A DNA stretch of 63,659 nt, filler included, from Octopus bimaculoides (Eukaryota): the NCBI RefSeq assembly GCF_001194135.2. It is 5 parts of 5 records of this genome, joined end to end, with 100 filler letters (N's around TTAATTAATTAA, not from the genome) between each part and the next. Parts side by side here need not be neighbours in the genome. Positions count along the whole stretch, not along the records: positions 38,483 to 56,350 come from NC_068992.1; positions 56,451 to 62,088 come from NC_068981.1; positions 62,189 to 63,659 come from NC_068989.1; 2 more parts are not named here. One strand, given 5' to 3'. Shown one piece after another: positions 50,658-63,659 of this stretch. Within the stretch, counting starts at the first letter, position 1. Each line of letters starts with the position of its first letter. The notes below the pieces were generated by a model that did no database searches, was not told the origin of the DNA, and was given only the letters and a program-made list of their open reading frames with translations. The position numbers and the translations under genes were made by a program.

Positions 50658-52984
50658 GTTTGGACCAATAGTCAAATTTTCAACGATGTGTCTACGATAC
50701 AATGCATTGAGTTTCCCCACCATTTTGTATTCGTTGTTACTGAAATTAATGCTTCCTAAACAAAGCCGTAATTCAGTTCTATATTTAAGAAATGAGGAAT
50801 TNNNNNNNNNNNNNNNNNNNNNNNNNNNNNNNNNNNNNNNNNNNNNNNNNNNNNNNNNNNNNNNNNNNNNNNNNNNNNNNNNNNNNNNNNNNNNNNNNNN
50901 NNNNNNNNNNNNNNNNNNNNNNNNNNNNNNNNNNNNNNNNNNNNNNNNNNNNNNNNNNNNNNNNNNNNNNNNNNNNNNNNNNNNNNNNNNNNNNNNNNNN
51001 NNNNNNNNNNNNNNNNNNNNNNNNNNNNNNNNNNNNNNNNNNNNNNNNNNNNNNNNNNNNNNNNNNNNNNNNNNNNNNNNNNNNNNNNNNNNNNNNNNNN
51101 NNNNNNNNNNNNNNNNNNNNNNNNNNNNNNNNNNNNNNNNNNNNNNNNNNNNNNNNNNNNNNNNNNNNNNNNNNNNNNNNNNNNNNNNNNNNNNNNNNNN
51201 NNNNNNNNNNNNNNNNNNNNNNNNNNNNNNNNNNNNNNNNNNNNNNNNNNNNNNNNNNNNNNNNNNNNTATATATATATCAATTATTGAGGTGGCTTATT
51301 TGCAACTGACAACCATTTATGGAATCAGCCTGTGATTCTTAAGGTATTTACTATAAACTCCCTTGTTAGTTTATCGATGATCTGGCTCTGTCTCGCTTGC
51401 TTTTCCCCGTGGCAAAAAGTTGTTCTGACTCTTATTTCTAGCAATGCTGGTGGCTGACTCGCTCTCTTAGTTACATTAGTAACATCTGTATCTGTTTATG
51501 TATGTGTGCATATACATTCACATATATATACACACACTCACACACACAAAGACACATGCACACCAAAAATACACACATTCATTCGTGAATGCATGCATGA
51601 TTGTATAGATAGCTATCTCGCAAAATGGTTCAGAGAAAACGTCCCTCACTTTATTTATGAATGTATATACATTCATACATACACACACTCACACACACAC
51701 ATAGACACATGCACACACCACACACACACACATATATATACACATGCACACACACACATTCGTGGATGTATGCATGTATGTATGGATTGCTATCTCGCAA
51801 AGCGGTTCAGCGAAAATGTCTCCCACTTTATTTGCTGGCATTGTATCAGAGATAACTTTTCCTGCGTGTCGAATTGAAAGCAACAATAGAAGCCAAGAAA
51901 TCACTCGTTATTTCCTAAGTGCAATCACAGTGAATTTACAACAGCCTGGAGCAATATCGACATGGAAGTAACAGTCATTAGGAGTTCAATGCCTTTTTCA
52001 TGGCTAACAACTGAGAAATGTGACAACATACTATCTCCTTATCTCACTGCAAATGGTTATATATCACTATTGTCTTTGTCATCTGTGCTTTCAGTGAAAG
52101 AGAAAGAAAAACGGATAAGAAAATTATTCAGATTCATGACAAGTGGAAGGTAAAGGGCTTGTTTAATATCTAAACATAGAATTTTGAAATTCTTTTGGAG
52201 ATGTAATGTAATCAATTTAAATAAGTACTGGACACTAGTAGCTGTTCTAAATGCTTCAATCCAGATAAGATGTTTAGTTGGCAGGGATAATAAACATTCA
52301 AAATAACAAACTGAATGCTAACATTCCCAAGCACTGCACAGACAGAATACTTATACGTATAATCACCAAAACATAGATATACACAAATATTCATGTACAT
52401 ACATAATGGCTGTCAACTCGTAGACGAGTATGACAAATTAATTTACGCTACATGACAAATTAGCTTACGCTAGATGTTAAAGAAAATGGCTGCCAGCAAT
52501 ATCCGTGCTGAAATTTAAAATCTTTAAGTAGCCTAACACAGCTAAGATTCTCACCTACAAAGCAAAGTAATTTAGAAAGAAGCATGAGTAAGATCTTCGG
52601 TATGAAGTGAGGCTGATGTTATTTCGGAACATCCGTCTTGTAGATGGATGTCGAGACAAAGACTAACGGTCTCAATCCCAGCTGATGGGTGAACAGTGAC
52701 TCTACTTATATCCCTGACATCCTGCAGGCTGTCCAACAAAATCATCCTCTCTTCCAAGCAGGCATGGTAGGATTGCTTGTTTTACCACCCAGGACTTGAC
52801 TGTGTAACAAGACCTATTGGCTCACCCGTTATATTACAGTTATCATTAAGAGTGACCTGACATACGTTTATCCATCAATCCATCCATCCATCCATCCATC
52901 CATCCATCCATCACTCAATCAACCAATCAATCAATCAATAAATAAATCAATCAATACATATATGGACATGTCTATATATATTCT

Positions 52985-53200
52985 TTTATTTTTTTATTCT
53001 TTTATTTGTTTCAGTCATTTGACTGCGGTCATGCTGGAGCACCACTTTTAGTCGAACAAATCGACCCCAGGACTTATTCTTTGTTTAGCCAACTACTTAT
53101 TCCATCGGCACTCTTTTGCCGAACCACTAAGTTACGGGGAGGTAAACACACCAACGTCGGTTGACAAGCGATGGTGGGGGACAAACACAGACACACAAAC
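52985..53200 (-). mobile_element. SINE family A, 3' part
   Basis: Similarity to 14-230. Confidence 0.8.
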
Positions 53201-53309
53201 ATACACACACACGCACACACACATGCATACATACATACACGTATATATGTCTTATTCACNNNNNNNNNNNNNNNNNNNNNNNNNNNNNNNNNNNNNNNNN
53301 NNNNNNNNN

Positions 53310-53354
<45 letters not shown>

Positions 53355-54089
53355 CACTCGAGTGTTTGGGGATGTTGAAGTGCCGACGTAATGATTAAAA
53401 ACTAGATTCCATTTTTTGATTCGGTATACAGAAAAACCTTGAAATCATTTGAAAATGTCCTGACAACAAAATAGTTTTTTCGCGCGATAAATTATACTTC
53501 CTAGTCGTCAAAGATCAGGTCGCAGTTTTCGTAACGAATATTGTGACATCATGTGATAAATGATAAATGTTTAAATGAAGTTAACTGTCCTGCTGTGGCT
53601 TTGAATGGCTAACATGTCATTTACGATGCAATTATTTTAGTTTCAATACGAGAGCCTTCATAACAAAACACTTTCCTGGAAAGTTCACCACCCGAAAACT
53701 TACTTCCATTAAATTTATTTTTATTGCTATCGGATCACTTAATAGTGATGCTTTATCCCATAGAATTTTTCAGATTTGACATTTTAACTTATTCACATCG
53801 TTCTAAGATCTAAATGTTTTTAATCTGTAACTAAATTCAAAAGATTCCTGCTCGAAATTTTCCTTGACTGCTATAACAACTTCACTCCATCTCACCGTTA
53901 TTATCTTCAGCAAAACGAGCTTTATCAGTAACATCAAGTTCTTTTGATTTTCCTACACATGAATCATATCCTAGGTGAGTTCAGACTCTTGTTCGATGTC
54001 ATAAACAAATCTTCCACTGAGTTTCATTCTCTCCAACTCCGCACGACTCTTCTCCATTACCATTATAGGAATAAATCGGTAGAAAGATC

Positions 54090-54180
54090 GATGAACAAAT
54101 ATATAGATACATTGGTAGATAGGCATTGATAAACAGATAAACAGATGGATCGTTCGTTCGCTCGCTCGCTCGATAGATAG

Positions 54181-54211
<31 letters not shown>

Positions 54212-54288
54212 AATAAAGAGAGAGAAAGAGAGAGACAAAGAAAGATATATGAATGGAAAGATAGATAGAGAGATAGATAGATAGAGGA

Positions 54289-54346
<58 letters not shown>

Positions 54347-54583
54347 TGTGTGTGTGAAAGAAAAAGAGAGACACAGAAATAGAGACAGAAATAGATAGAG
54401 AAAGAGAAAAAGAAAGAGAGACAGACAGAGAAACAAAGACAAAGAAAGGGAGATATATGGATGGATGAATCGATGGATCGATCGATAGAGTGATTGATAG
54501 AGGGAGAGAGAGAGTGTGTGTGTGTGTGTATGTGTGTGTGAAAGAAAACGAGAGACAGAGAAACAGAGAGATAGACAGCTAGA

Positions 54584-54657
<74 letters not shown>

Positions 54658-54827
54658 TGAGACAGAGAAAGAGAGATATATGGATGGAAGGATAGATAGA
54701 TAGATAGATAGATTGATAGATGAGCGAGAAAGGGTGTAAGTGTATTTGAAAGAAAAAGAGACAGAGAAACAGATAGATAGACAAATAGAGAGAGAGAGTT
54801 AGTTAGATAGATAGGTAGATAGGTAGG

Positions 54828-54871
<44 letters not shown>

Positions 54872-55242
54872 CGGACAGACAGACAAAGAAACAGAGAGAT
54901 AGATAGATAGGTAGACAGACAGATACACAGATGTATATAGATGGATAGATGATATACGTTCGACTACTGTGAAGCGTATATAAGCAAAGCTGAACTGATC
55001 AGTCACTCCTTTTTCCCCTAATATCTAATCTCTACTAATAATAATCTCCACTAATCCCATTTGCCTGTATATGGCTTATATTAACAACAGCAATCTATCC
55101 CACACGCACGCATTCATGATCGCACACATTTCTAGTGATATGTGATATATGTACAAGTATGTAAATGTGTGAGTGTGTGTGTGTGTACATGTAGCCGTAC
55201 ATATAATATATATATACAGACATACTTTGATTTCTGATTATG

Positions 55243-55291
<49 letters not shown>

Positions 55292-55349
55292 GTCCCATCT
55301 TCGTTGAGCCCTGTGTGGCTAATAAAAGAAATGTATCTATCTATCTATC

Positions 55350-55380
<31 letters not shown>
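54090..55380. repeat. Compound (GA)n/(GATA)n/(TG)n/(CTAT)n microsatellite field
   Basis: Read directly from the sequence; accounts for the LSLS/IYLS ORFs. Confidence 0.9.
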
Positions 55381-55385
<5 letters not shown>

Positions 55386-56350
55386 ACAGTGTGTGTTATA
55401 TATACGTACATATATTATACACGCACAGGTACAAACACACCCACCCNNNNNNNNNNNNNNNNNNNNNNNNNNNNNNNNNNNNNNNNNNNNNNNNNNNNNN
55501 NNNNNNNNNNNNNNNNNNNNNNNNNNNNNNNNNNNNNNNNNNNNNNNNNNNNNNNNNNNNNNNNNNNNNNNNNNNNNNNNNNNNNNNNNNNNNNNNNNNN
55601 NNNNNNNNNNNNNNNNNNNNNNNNNNNNNNNNNNNNNNNNNNNNNNNNNNNNNNNNNNNNNNNNNNNNNNNNNNNNNNNNNNNNNNNNNNNNNNNNNNNN
55701 NNNNNNNNNNNNNNNNNTATGTATGTATGTATGTATGTATGTATGTATATATGCGTAAGTGTGTGTACTTGAATATATAAATTTAACGACATGACTGACT
55801 GTGAGCTTAATCTTCTTAATAAATGTTTCTTCATATTTCCTTATTGGAACAGTAAATTTCCTAAGTCCATTAACACTAATACGGAAATATAAAAAAAATA
55901 TAGATAAAGCAGATTAAATTCGAACGCAGTCATATTTTCAACAAAACATATTTGACATCAGAAAAACAGATTTTGCGTGTTCAAATAAAGTCTAAGATGG
56001 CTCTTCCACGATGTAGTTACCATACACACACACAGCACACAGACACACATGGGTGTACTTATCACTCATGTATCTACGTAATTTTCACTCATTGTCGATG
56101 TCCTGTACATGATGCATTTTATATTTATTTATTTATTATATATGTATTGTTTTCTCCCCCATCCTTCTCTAATTCCCTTTTTATCGCCCTCACCATTTTC
56201 TATCTCTCTCTCTCTCTCTCTCCCCTCTTTCTCCTTTTCTCTCCCTTCTTGCTCACACGTAACCATCGTCCATCTTTCTATTCTTCACGTGGCTATCTTT
56301 CTGTTTCTACACAACGTTCTAACGACTGGATATCGTCTATCTCTCTCTTC

Positions 56351-56450
56351 NNNNNNNNNNNNNNNNNNNNNNNNNNNNNNNNNNNNNNNNNNNNTTAATT
56401 AATTAANNNNNNNNNNNNNNNNNNNNNNNNNNNNNNNNNNNNNNNNNNNN
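56351..56450. other. Artificial scaffold linker
   Basis: 44N-TTAATTAATTAA-44N. Confidence 0.95.
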
Positions 56451-58814
56451 CTGTCTGCCATTTGTTCATTGAGTGCTCTATGTATTTTATGATAATTGGT
56501 ATCACCTTGTTTATGGCTAGTGTTTCCAGAATCCACGTGTGGGGAACACTGTCGAAAGCCTTTTGGTAGTCCACCCAGGCCATACTGAGGCCTTTCTTCT
56601 TTCTGCGGCTGTCTTCAGTTATGGCTTTATTGATCAATAATTGATCTTTACAGCCGTATGAGCCCTTGCAGCATCCCTTCTGCTCTTCTGGAAACAGGTT
56701 ATTATTTTCCAGGTGTTTACTCAATCTCTGCGATATTATTGCAGTAATGGCTTTGTAGATCGTAGGGAAACAGGTTATAGGCCTATAGTTTTGTGGTTTC
56801 TCTGTTTCCGTGGATTTGGGGATTAGGATAGTTTTCCCTTTTGTGAGCCATTCAGGCATTGTCTCTGGATCTGCTAGTATGTTGTTAAACTTTTCTGCCA
56901 GCTTTTTATGCATTGCTGGCAGGTGTTTTAACCAGAAATTGGGGATCTTGTCGTGTCCAGGTGCCTTCCAGTTGCTTAGTCTTTGCAGTGTCTGGGTGAC
57001 CTCTTCAATTATTATAGGGGCCCAGAGTTGCTCAGGTGCTAAGTTCGTTGTTTTAATGGTCCTTTTCTGGGGTTGTTGCTTCACCGATCATATTTGTTTC
57101 CAGAATTTCTCTAGTTCTCGTGCTGTTGGTGCTGAAGTAATGTCTATTTTATTTTTACCCAGTTCCTGGTAGAGTTTTTTGAGGTTAGATTTGAACTGTT
57201 TGTTTTGTTCAAAGAAACGTTGGCGTTTCTCATACCGGCGGATCCTCTGTGCTTTGGCAAGGATGTCTTGCTTTAGTTTTTCTTTTGCCTCAGGTAAGTC
57301 TTTCTATGTAATGCTGTATTTGTACAGTATTTTTGTTTTCTTCTTGTTACTTAGTAGTGTTGCTTGTTTACTAATTTCGTTGAGAATCGATAAATCTTTT
57401 CTCTTTTTTTTAATTTTGTTCTGGATGTTATTTATCCACAAGGTCTGTTTGGGTGGTAGAACTCCTGTTCGGATGGGTTTGAGTGAGTATCCTGCTTNNN
57501 NNNNNNNNNNNNNNNNNNNNNNNNNNNNNNNNNNNNNNNNNNNNNNNNNNNNNNNNNNNNNNNNNNNNNNNNNNNNNNNNNNNNNNNNNNNNNNNNNNNN
57601 NNNNNNNNNNNNNNNNNNNNNNNNNNNNNNNNNNNNNNNNNNNNNNNNNNNNNNNNNNNNNNNNNNNNNNNNNNNNNNNNNNNNNNNNNNNNNNNNNNNN
57701 NNNNNNNNNNNNNNNNNNNNNNNNNNNNNNNNNNNNNNNNNNNNNNNNNNNNNNNNNNNNNNNNNNNNNNNNNNNNNNNNNNNNNNNNNNNNNNNNNNNN
57801 NNNNNNNNNNNNNNNNNNNNNNNNNNNNNNNNNNNNNNNNNNNNNNNNNNNNNNNNNNNNNNNNNNNNNNNNNNNNNNNNNNNNNNNNNNNNNNNNNNNN
57901 NNNNNNNNNNNNNNNNNNNNNNNNNNNNNNNNNNNNNNNNNNNNNNNNNNNNNNNNNNNNNNNNNNNNNNNNNNNNNNNNNNNNNNNNNNNNNNNNNNNN
58001 NNNNNNNNNNNNNNNNNNNNNNNNNNNNNNNNNNNNNNNNNNNNNNNNNNNNNNNNNNNNNNNNNNNNNNNNNNNNNNNNNNNNNNNNNNNNNNNNNNNN
58101 NNNNNNNNNNNNNNNNNNNNNNNNNNNNNNNNNNNNNNNNNNNNNNNNNNNNNNNNNNNNNNNNNNNNNNNNNNNNNNNNNNNNNNNNNNNNNNNNNNNN
58201 NNNNNNNNNNNNNNNNNNNNNNNNNNNNNNNNNTGTAGGATCGAAATGTGTTCCTCACGTGTCCATTTATGCCGTTTTGGTTTTGTTTGCGGGACATGAG
58301 GAACAACGTCCGGCCCTTTATTTTGACGGTCATCGTTTTCGTAGGGTACCGGTTCGTTTATTTCTGTTGTCAGATTGTTTTGCACGTTCATATCTTCGTA
58401 CTTTTTTCGTAACAAGCTTACAGTACGTACTTCTCGGTTGTTATTCTTGGGTGGAATAATACCGGTGTTATTTAATCTGTTGGTAATTTTTTTGTACATG
58501 GTGTTTTGGGGTTCGAAGATGGTCTGATTTTGATGTAACACGTGTGTTTACGATCGCTGTGCGGGTAGTGGATGTATGAAGTCAAAATACATCATTATAT
58601 TTGGAAAAATAGAGATAAATTTCAATGAGTATTACTTACTCGGATATAGTCCAACCCTTTGTCAGCTATTTTTTGGCTCCATGCGATGTCTTTATTTCCG
58701 ATGTTTTTGGATAAGTTTCTGAGCAGTGATTTATCGTACTCACATGTTAAACTTCCCCTGTGTCTTCTCGTTAAACTTCCCCTGTCTTCTCGTTAAACTT
58801 CCCCCTGTCTTCTC
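56451..58814 (-). mobile_element. R4/Dong-clade non-LTR retrotransposon, 5' half with RT domain (defective; cut by scaffold end and internal gap)
   Basis: RT: APGHDKIPNFWLK...GKTILIPK...NYRPITCFPTIYK...EEQKG...GCKDQLLINK...AWVDYQKAFDSVPH; upstream KQDILAKAQRIRRYE...FWKQI*; N-terminal RHKWTREE; in-frame stops; 5' limit approximate. Confidence 0.9.
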
Positions 58815-58827
58815 GTTATTATTATTA

Positions 58828-58883
<56 letters not shown>

Positions 58884-58945
58884 GATGTTGTTGTTGTTGT
58901 TGTTGTTGTTATTACTATTATTATCATCATCATAATCATCATAAT
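58815..58945. repeat. (TTA)n/(TTG)n/(ATC)n tract
   Basis: Read directly from the sequence. Confidence 0.9.
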
Positions 58946-58952
58946 CACTGTG

Positions 58953-59265
58953 GTAAGGCGGTGAGCTGGAGAATCGCAAAAACGCCGACCAAAATAATTT
59001 CCGGTCATTCGTCCGTCTTTTCGTTCTGCGCTAAAACTCCGCCGAGGTCGACTTTGTCTCTCGTCATTTCGGGTTCGATAAAATTAAGTACCAGTCAAGT
59101 TCTGGGGACGATGTGATTGACTATCTCCCTCCCCACAAATTCCAGTCCTTTTGCTTATACTCGAAATGATTATTGCGGTAGCGAACTGGCATAATCTTTA
59201 ACGTACCGAACGACATGCTCAGCGGCATTTCCTCCTTGTTTGTGTTCTGAGTTCATATTCCGCCA
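58953..59265 (+). mobile_element. Two tandem SINE family C copies (second is head only)
   Basis: GGCGGTGAGCTGGAGAATCGC...GCCGAGGTCGACTTTG; GGTAGCGAACTGGCATAATC...GTTCTGAGTTCATATTCCGCC. Confidence 0.7.
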
Positions 59266-59376
59266 ATTTCGAGGCTGCTTTTCGGATCTCTGTGTCGATA
59301 GAATACCTACTAGTTATGTACTGAGGTCGATGTTATCAACTTGTCATTCTCCGCAAATTCCAGGCCTTATTCATAC

Positions 59377-59434
<58 letters not shown>

Positions 59435-61193
59435 TACACCATAGTTAATTGTGATGAGCAAATTACTTATTTTGTGTAACTCTATTGTATTGCTTGTAAC
59501 CATTAAATTGTAACCATTAAAGTATTAGTATACGTGTGCATTTTGAGATCGATGTAAAAACCAGCTATTGTTTTCTGATTCAACCTTTGATTCAGCATTG
59601 AGGAAGTTTATTCCTCATATACACGCCATTCTTTGATAGACGTTTAACATACACGACATTTGTTTATCATACATATTACGACAATGTACAGTATAAATTT
59701 AGAGACAAGTTATTTTGTTATGGAAATTGTTTCGGAAATCAAGTTTAAACCGAAGTGCTGTGTTTAATATATGTAGGTTCTGTAATCGAATACCTATTAG
59801 GAATATATATGTGCGGTTCCAATGAAACTGTATTTATAAGATTTGAATATGCAGATTTTCCTTAAACACAGATCGTTTAACTTACAGTCACGTTGAAGGT
59901 ACTTTCCTGACATGCTTAACCACTAACAAGTCTACACACGTAATAAACCAGCTGCAACCAGCATATTAAGAATGTTGTACTATTGAACTCCTTATATGCG
60001 AAAATGCACATACATATACATTATATGTGCGAGTGTGCTTCTGCATGCATATTTCGTGAATATGTTTTCATATGTACGAGTGGGTTTGGCAGTGTACAAA
60101 TGTGTATGTGTATGTTTTATGTGTTTGAGTGTATCCTTGTTCCGGTCAATTTTAGGTACTGATGAATATATCAAATAAAATACAATTTCTTTTAAATTTA
60201 CAGTAAAAATTATAAACGCATTACGCCATCATTCATTGAAAGCTATTTTAAGACGTCTATATGAATGGAGAGTAAAAGTAAATTAATTGCATCTCTTCAT
60301 GAATGTAAACTATTTTCGCTTGGCATAAATTTAGTGAAGAATGAAATATTTTCATAATTAACATAAGAAAATCATCCAAAGCATAATTAAAATAAAATTG
60401 CATACCTAATGCCCAACGAAAACTCAGCATAATTAATATAATCTGCTTGTATACAATAGTGTATGAAGTGAGTGACAGATATTTGTTTGTGTAGAAAACC
60501 AGAATTAGAAACAACCCACTCTTCGTTGATGCAATTCATTATATTCATGCAATTAAACATTCCAACCATTTTCATTGGAATTTTTGAGGCGTATTGTACC
60601 TCATCGTAATTATAAAAGCAGCTCTCCTTCATTGTTACTCTTGCCATTATAATTTTATTTTGATTAAAAACTGAATTCTTAAGAAACAAGAATGTAGCAC
60701 TCGTGAGCGTCGTATTGAGATTGAAGTAGTTAATTTTAACACTGAATATTCCTTTAAATATAATGACAAAGGTTTATCAATTAAATGAAAAATCGTATTG
60801 CAACAAAGAATAATTTGTGCGATTGAACTAGATAGGAAAATATGTTTATTCATAAAAGCGTTACAGACCGTTTATCTGATTATTGTGTAGTATAGTACAT
60901 GTAGTATAGCATACGTTCAGACGGTATTTCATTATTATTCTCTCTCAGTTTATATCCACTTCAGATATTTGTTTCGCCTTTTTGTTCCATTTGGACAGCG
61001 ATTACATTTATCTGTGTTCAAAGTTTGACATAACATATATGTTTTAAACATATCTTTACGGAAACGAAAAAATATTAGTATTTCAAATTTTACTTCATAT
61101 CAATGAAAGAGAAGACAACCACGATGTTATAATTTAAAATGAGTTCATATATATATNNNNNNNNNNTATATATAACTCTCAGTAAGTATAACC

Positions 61194-61667
61194 CTCAATA
61201 AGAGACAACGTAAAAACTTGAAAAAGCTATTAACGAAGGCAAAGTTTGGCCTCAGCAACAAGAATCAAACATTCACTGTGTCCAAATGCAATGATAGCCG
61301 AAGCGGAGCATGCCAATAAATTGATACCGGCCCATATATGGACACAAAAACAGGGAAAATATTCACCAATGTGAACATGAATTGTAAAAGTATAAATCTA
61401 ATCTACTGTATCAAATGCCCAAATTGCGAAGAACTGTACGTTGGCTAGATAGGTAATGCACTATCGGAACGCTCACGTGTGCATCGACAACAGATTAAAA
61501 ACCCAGAGGTCCGACAAATGCCACTGAGTAACCACCTGGCAACATGTGGTCGAAAAACCTTTATGATATTTCCATTTCATAAACATTACAACCTGAATGA
61601 AATTGAGAGAAAACGAAAAGAAAATGACTTTATTAAGAAATTCGAACCCAATCTTAACAAACAATGA
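61194..61667 (+). mobile_element. Penelope-like element GIY-YIG endonuclease pseudo-ORF
   Basis: KRQRKNLKKLLTKAKF...KCNDSR...MNCKSINLIYCIKCPNCEELYVG*IG...ERSRVHRQQI...ERKRKENDFIKKFEPNLN; single frame with stops at 61317 and 61446. Confidence 0.85.
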
Positions 61668-61878
61668 TTGAATTAATCTTACCAGGGGATTAAAAATCTT
61701 GTCCCTATAACTCAAACACACATAATCTCTCAATGTCATTATTTCTAAAAATAAACATTGAAAATAGTTTGGCATCATCTCCAAAAATAGCCAAACACCT
61801 ACTGCTGCTGTCCAAAGGAATGTGTGTAAAGGACAAAAAGACAGCCAGTCAACTACAGCTAAAACACATCTGTCAGAC

Positions 61879-61922
61879 GGGACCTTGATGACTGCTATGA
61901 AGCAGGAGAGTATACTAGCCCC
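61879..61922 (+). ncRNA. Degenerate PLE-type minimal hammerhead ribozyme motif
   Basis: GGGAC-CTTGATGA-CTGC(TATGAA)GCAG-GAG-AGTATACT-A-GCCCC: palindromic stem III, about 210 nt after the GIY-YIG stop codon. Confidence 0.5.
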
Positions 61923-62047
61923 TCTATATATTTAATACTAAATATTTCATTTATTCAATAAGACATTCAATACTTCATTTCATTTTACTATCTATATTAT
62001 ATATCCCTCTATACACTATCATACAAACCCCTTTTTTATTTACGCAC

Positions 62048-62088
<41 letters not shown>

Positions 62089-62188
62089 NNNNNNNNNNNN
62101 NNNNNNNNNNNNNNNNNNNNNNNNNNNNNNNNTTAATTAATTAANNNNNNNNNNNNNNNNNNNNNNNNNNNNNNNNNNNNNNNNNNNN
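62089..62188. other. Artificial scaffold linker
   Basis: 44N-TTAATTAATTAA-44N. Confidence 0.95.
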
Positions 62189-62231
<43 letters not shown>

Positions 62232-63608
62232 AAGAGAGAGACAGAGAGAGACAGAGAGATAGAGAGACAGAGAGAGAGAGAAAGAAATACAGAAACATGT
62301 GTAGGTGTATGTTCATAAATTCTTGATGTTCACTTATTAGTCATCTCACAGAAAGTTGAAACAGTCACTTTTTGTGGCTTGATAAATGAAGCATTAATTA
62401 CGTTAATCCGATTTTTGACTTAAGAATTACATTGTAAAGTAAGATTTTCATATCACAGACAAATGCCTTAAACTTTACGGTCTCACAAACAGTAGAAGTT
62501 GTTTTACAATATTTTCTGTCATATTGCCACCTATGATTTTGTTTCTTCACGCATCTATCGTTCTGACGTCTCCTCCCCGACGCTATACAAATTTCTATTC
62601 ACAGATTTTTACAGGCATTTTTTTCAGATATATGTATTATATATTTGTGTTATTTGAATGTACCCTATTGTATTCATGTCACATATTTGACCCCCGCATT
62701 TCCTACTCTGCTAAAAAACGTCTTCTATTTAGAAAGTTTTACGGAATATATTTCTTGTATTTTATGTTTTAGTGAAGAATGACAACCATTATTTGTTTTA
62801 TAGGAAAACATCTTGGGAACTTTCGAGAGATTGTGGAGGATTCCAACTTCGCATATACTCGCGTGTATAAAGAGGAAGATAAATATTCCAAAACCTGGAT
62901 ATCAAGACAGCTGTGGGAGGAGAGTATCAGGAATAAATCATGGTAGCAGCTCCCTCTCTTCTATGGTGGAAAGTCTTTACTTGATTGTATGATAAATATC
63001 CACTTGAATGATGCATACGCAAAGTGCTGAAAATTTCCTGTCTGTAAGAATATCGAGAAAGACTGGCTGGAGGCCCAACCTTTCGAGTTCTATTACAGGG
63101 CTTAGAGAATCTGAAGGACTGCTGCAAGGTGTGAGTCTGAGATGAGAATATGCTGAATAAAACCATATTCAACTAGTCCTTCTGTATTTTCTTTTACCCA
63201 AAGCCAGGGAACTTTCACCAGCCCTTCCAACACACACACACACACACGTATGTATGGCTGACGAGGAGAAAAGAGTAGTTTTAAAGTAATTTCTTCCAAA
63301 ATGTCTAATGTGTAATTATTTCGGTTAAGTACGGATGATAGTTACACGTGTACTTCTCATACGGCATTGAAACAAGTGTAGATTCTGGAACGAACATAAT
63401 GCTAGCAACTCAAATTCTGCCACTATTACTCATAATCTACAGCTGAAGAAGACCTGTGAGTTTTCAGTTTGAATGAAACTGAAGTTGTTAATAAACAAAA
63501 TGATCTTCCTACACATTCGGATAGCGATGTTGGCGGAGTGGTGCCTGAATTCAAGTGAGTGAGGAATACATTAAAAATATCTATATATGCCAATATATAT
63601 ATATATAT

Positions 63609-63641
<33 letters not shown>

Positions 63642-63659
63642 CATACATATATATATATA

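Noticed and set aside
52572-52757. 61-aa protein-like minus ORF
   Set aside because: No recognisable family and no clear splice sites
62804-62990. Plus-strand acceptor with two short open frames
   Set aside because: Both frames stop, no recognisable product, and it may be a decayed LINE endonuclease

Overview
AT-rich, microsatellite-dense animal genomic DNA with many N gaps. The SINE/LINE families and repeat load suggest an octopus (coleoid cephalopod); this is an inference. Four 100-bp linkers (44N-TTAATTAATTAA-44N) show the window is five scaffolds joined together (1-21254, 21355-38382, 38483-56350, 56451-62088, 62189-63659), so adjacency across linkers is unreliable. Recognisable host-gene sequence is limited to one large minus-strand exon of the Wnt-inactivating metalloprotease Tiki (TRABD2 family, 17654-18102) and two minus-strand exons of cytosolic HSP90 (37788-38252). 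There is also a tentative four-exon plus-strand gene start (28972-35132). The rest is tRNA-derived SINEs, RTE, APE-type LINE, R4/Dong and Penelope-like (PLE) retroelement fossils, mariner/pogo/hAT/piggyBac remnants and MITEs, and micro/minisatellites. The most notable structures are three hammerhead-ribozyme-like motifs tied to PLE-type repeats, a PLE fossil carrying two cleanly nested MITEs, a long inverted duplication with an identity gradient, SINE/LINE-tail hairpins, and R4/Dong copies that abut (TAA)n.
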